Below the pieces are notes generated by a model. The model had not been told where the DNA came from, did no database searches, and saw nothing but the letters and a program-made list of their open reading frames with translations. Made by a program: the position numbers and the translations under genes. A stretch of DNA of 63,115 nt, the filler included, from Thraustochytrium aureum (Eukaryota), in the NCBI GenBank assembly GCA_012862495.1. It is 6 parts of 3 records of this genome, joined end to end, with 100 filler letters (N's around TTAATTAATTAA, not from the genome) between each part and the next. Parts side by side here need not be neighbours in the genome. Positions count along the whole stretch, not along the records: positions 52,036 to 61,297 come from BLSG01000148.1; positions 61,398 to 63,115 come from BLSG01000148.1; 4 more parts are not named here. The stretch is one strand, 5' to 3'. Shown one piece after another: positions 59,267-63,115 of the stretch (within the stretch, counting starts at the first letter, position 1; each line of letters begins with the position of its first letter).

Positions 59267-62200
59267 TTCTTGTGCGTCCACGTCGGGCCAAAGAGTTGTT
59301 ACTTCCTCGCAGGTCCCCCGGGGTCTCGACAGCGCAGCGAGCGCAAGAAGAATCGTGTTTGTCTGCGGGCCGTTGCAGCCTGGCTCTGCCGCTTTCGTGT
59401 CGATCAGCTTTAGTTTGCGTCAGGGTCCTGTCTGGTGCGTTCGAGTTCGGCACGAGCCGTCCTCAGGGCGGGCGGGCTCCTCTCCCTGAATCGGTAAGGT
59501 GAGCGAACGCACGTGGCCGTTGAGAGACCTTGAACGCACTTCGCAGGCGGGCAGCGGGCGCGCTTGGGCCGCTGCGCTCGTTCAGCGGTCTATGGCTGTG
59601 AATGCGGCCGGTGTTTCAGCCCAGCCCGGTCACGGCAGGGGGCTGCCCGGCGCTGCCCTCCTCTGGCTTTCTTCAATGCGGTGGGTTGGTAGCTCGCTCA
59701 CTCGCTCAGTCCACTCACGACAAACTGGACCTTCCCGCGACTCAAGGACTCGCGTTTCAGCACCTCGGGCGGCAAGCGAGGCGCCTCAGTTTCTCCCCTT
59801 GACGCCCTCGTCGGCAGCACGCTGGGACTCGCGCACTTTTCTCGTGGGTGGTGGTGGTGGCCAAGGAAGGCGAGTGAGTATGCGGCGCACAGCCGAGGTC
59901 CCTGATGTCCTCGTTCGTTCGAGAGGCCTGCCTGCCTGCCTCGCGCGACGCCCTTGACTCGAAGAAGAAGAAGAAAAAAAACCGCGAATTCCCTCCACAC
60001 CCTCGCCCGCAGCCGGTTCCTTTCTTCCTCGTCGGCGCGAGCGTAGGCTGCCTGCCCGCCCGCCTGCGCGCCTGCCTCCTGCTCGATCGATGGGTTGATG
60101 GATTGATGGATTGATCGATCGCGAATGTGGACTGCCGCGCTCCCGACGTGAACATGCTGATCGACCAATCGATCAGCGCGATCGAATGCCGTGCTGTGAT
60201 TGTCCTCGTTGGTTGGTCGCTCATGGGAGGTACTGGACGCCGAAAGAGGCGTTTGGTTGATGGCCGGGCTCTGCCCACCTCGAAGCCTGGACCTGGCGGT
60301 GGGTGTGCGCCTTGCCTGTACCAGGCTATTATGCGAAGATCAGCCGCTTCCCAGTGCATTTATGCCGGTTGTACGAGTCGCGCCGTGTAGTCCCGCGGTG
60401 ACCCTCGGGGATGGGCTCTTGCCTCTTTCCCGTGCTGGAGTTGCGCGTCGGGTTCTTCATTCATGATGACATTCATTCAATGATGACATTCAATCACTTC
60501 GCGAAGGCGTTGTTGGCTCATGCATGACGACGAGCGGCAGGCGATCGATCGATCGATCGATCGATCACGGGATCCAGGCTGGCTCTCGAGCCCGTCGAAA
60601 GCCCTGCCTCACGCGTCGCAAGGCAAGGTTGTACCTCGCCATGCTGGTTTGGTTTGGTTTGTCCAGCCATCCCTGGCCCATGACGGTTTGTGAGGTCTTC
60701 TCGAGAGCAGAAAGCGGTTGGCGCCGCCGCCCGGGCCCAGGCCTGGAGCAGCACCTAGTTGGAGGAAAGTACCGAATAAGATTAGCCCTCCTTGAAACGC
60801 TGCTGCTGTGCCAATTGCTGGCGCTCCTGGCCATGGCTGCAGCAAAGGACGGAGGCGAGACAGATGCGGCCCTCAGGCTCGCATTCGCGGCGGCGTACAA
60901 GCGCCCGAGGCACGGCTTCTAATGTTTCAAAGACCTGATCGAGGCCAGGCAAGCGGTGTGCGACATGACGGGTGCGACGATGGCTGATGATTGCATCGCG
61001 TAACGCTCCAGCACTGGGATTTCACGGCTTTTGGTCGTGATGCTCACAACCGCGGCGGCGAAAGGGATTCGAGCGATCAAACTTGCTTTCTAAAGATCTT
61101 GGGAGCCCGGGTACACCTCAGGCTGGCTGAGGATGCTGGAACGGAAAGGGCTCGGTCACTGTCACGTTGCCCCCAGAGAGGATCACGCCAATCGCCGGGC
61201 TGCTGCCCAACGAAGAAAGAACGGCGGTCACAAAACCCGGCGACATGGCAGCCGCAAGCGACACCGCTCCGCTAGGCTCAACAACCAGCTTGCATCGNNN
61301 NNNNNNNNNNNNNNNNNNNNNNNNNNNNNNNNNNNNNNNNNTTAATTAATTAANNNNNNNNNNNNNNNNNNNNNNNNNNNNNNNNNNNNNNNNNNNNGCG
61401 ACCGCGAAGAGCAGGAGGCAAGCTCGCCGATCCTGCGCTCGTTGCGCGGCAGTGCACACCTTGACCACCTCCTTCTTTCCGCCCGTTCGTTTGTTTCCGA
61501 AAGCCTGTTTCCCTGCACTGGAGGGATTGGATTTTGGAGCGGCAGGGCGGTTGTCGATCTAGCCGCAATCAGGCGTGGCGAGCGTGGGCGGCGTGCTTGG
61601 CGCCAAGGCTGCCTGAGTTACCTGACCTGTCTTGGCTTGCTCGTGGTGAGAACTCTTGCAAGAGCTCTTCGACGACTCGACGACAGCTCGAGTTTCTGCA
61701 AGCGCTTCTTCGGCGACTCGAGTTTCTGCAAGCGCTTCGCTCCCGCTCGCCAGGCAGGATCCGCGAGGATGCACTCACTGCTGCGCGACGCGCGCAGGTG
61801 GCGGAGGCGGCAGCGACAAGGTGGTTTGACCTGAACTATTTGGACTGGTGGGTGACGCTCCAGCCCTGCTGGAGCGGCTGAAGCTTTGGCTTGACGCCCT
61901 GCCAATGCAGCGCGGCAATCGCGGCTCGCACACTTGCTCTGCGCAGCTGCCGGTGCAGCAACTTGAACGAGAATCGACCGCAATCGCAAACTCAAGCTTG
62001 GCGGCACAAGCCCAGTCGCTGCTGCTTTACAACCCCTGGCGCGCCTGGCGTGTCGATGATGTCGGACGGCTCTTGGCGTGTGCCGCCCGCGCGGCGTCGC
62101 ACCAGGTGTGCGTGCAGAGGGCAGAGGTCCTAGCTAGTGGTGTGGGTCCAGGGTCCGGAACTCGCCGTGCAGAGCAGGGCGTGTCGCCAACGCCGCTGCC

Positions 62201-63115
62201 AGGGGCCAGTCATGCTCGTGCACGGCGGCCCTGAGGACGAATTCTAGTGATCCTGCCGCCACAAAAACTTGTTGCGCTAAGGGCCTGGGTGAGGACTTGG
62301 ATAACGGACAACGGCACAGTCGTCAACGCTCCTGTCGGAGGAAGAGGAAGGGTGAGGGGCCGGGCAAGTACGAACGAGAAGCCGAGTCGGACTTGGCATG
62401 TAACGGTGGGGCAAACTCGTCAGGGTCACCACCGACCTGCTCCGGACGCGGACGCGCGAAGCCTGTGGGCTCAGCCGCAAAGGCAGCCGGGTCTCAGCAG
62501 CAGACAGGTCACCACTGAAAACCGTTAGTTGTCGAGTCCCGAGCAAGATCAACCGGTCGGCAAGCCGCATGCAGCACCCAGGTCGAGCCAGCGTCCTCGC
62601 AGCGGTCGCGGGAAAAACGAGTATGGTGGTTGATGGTGACCGTGGCCCACCGGACGTCGGGCTGGCCCGGCCAGCTGGCCAGAGGCGTCGCCCAAGGAGG
62701 ATGGATGCCTTGCCTCTCATCGGTGCCGCCCTGCCCTGTGAACATGGGCAAGCCTTGAGGACGGGTGGATGCCCTGCCCGGCGCATCCAGAGAGGATCCG
62801 CCCGCCGCGTTTGTACCAAGCACCTACTTGCCGCTCAAAACTGTGGCGGCTGCCGTTCATGGGGTGCTAGTCGGACGTTAGCCGCGCGGCCTAGCAGTCT
62901 CTGCGCTGGCGGGCGGCGCAGGGACAGAGCATACCTATGCGATTGTGCGCTGGACGGTCGTCTGATGAGCAAACGACCGCAGGGGTTCATCTTATTTCCT
63001 CCGCGACGCGAGTGGAGGGAAGGCTCCACAATCAAGCAACCTTGGCCACACGCTGACGCGCACGCACATACACGTGGCCTGCCGTCTGAGGAGCGCCCTG
63101 CTGATTTGCTGCCAA

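Noticed and set aside
60456..60496. Two ATGATGA (box C-like) motifs suggesting a C/D snoRNA
   Set aside because: They belong to a ~17-bp tandem duplication, and I see no CTGA box D or terminal stem at a suitable distance.
60080..60570. Dense GATC/ATCGAT runs suggesting methylation-site clusters
   Set aside because: Consistent with simple (GATC)/(GATG) tetranucleotide repeats like others in this genome; Dam-type logic is not supported in this eukaryotic context.

Overview
GC-rich, intron-poor eukaryotic genomic scaffold, not prokaryotic. The eukaryotic markers are an ER BiP ending in HDEL, dyskerin, DIS3, DDX54, ciliary TMEM17 and two spliceosomal GT-AG introns. Gene content and style suggest a flagellated stramenopile such as a thraustochytrid (inference only). 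The assembly is a rough draft: many N gaps, five artificial 100-bp linkers (44N-TTAATTAATTAA-44N), and at least seven single-base frameshifts that split otherwise intact genes. About 25 protein-coding genes or fragments can be supported. Recognisable ones are BiP, an App1-type phosphatidate phosphatase, a LIM+GYF_2 protein, an O-fucosyltransferase, a dienelactone hydrolase, a FABP-like protein, a WW protein, a purple acid phosphatase, a mid-SUN protein, DIS3, an LRR-hemolysin III fusion, TMEM17, an SLC26 transporter, class II dihydroorotase, dyskerin, DDX54, an acyl-CoA synthetase, a thioredoxin, a DusA-like synthase and a DUF4116+KIX protein. I found no rRNA, tRNA, CRISPR array, intact transposon or convincing multi-gene novel system. 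The best novelty candidates are single genes: a poly-Q protein with a hidden duplicated Zn-finger+helical module, visible only after repairing a frameshift (10.6-13.9 kb), a FABP-like protein in a non-animal, a putative beta-sandwich+HTH DNA-binding protein, and several unusual domain fusions. A degenerate repeat array also sits between head-to-head dyskerin and DDX54.
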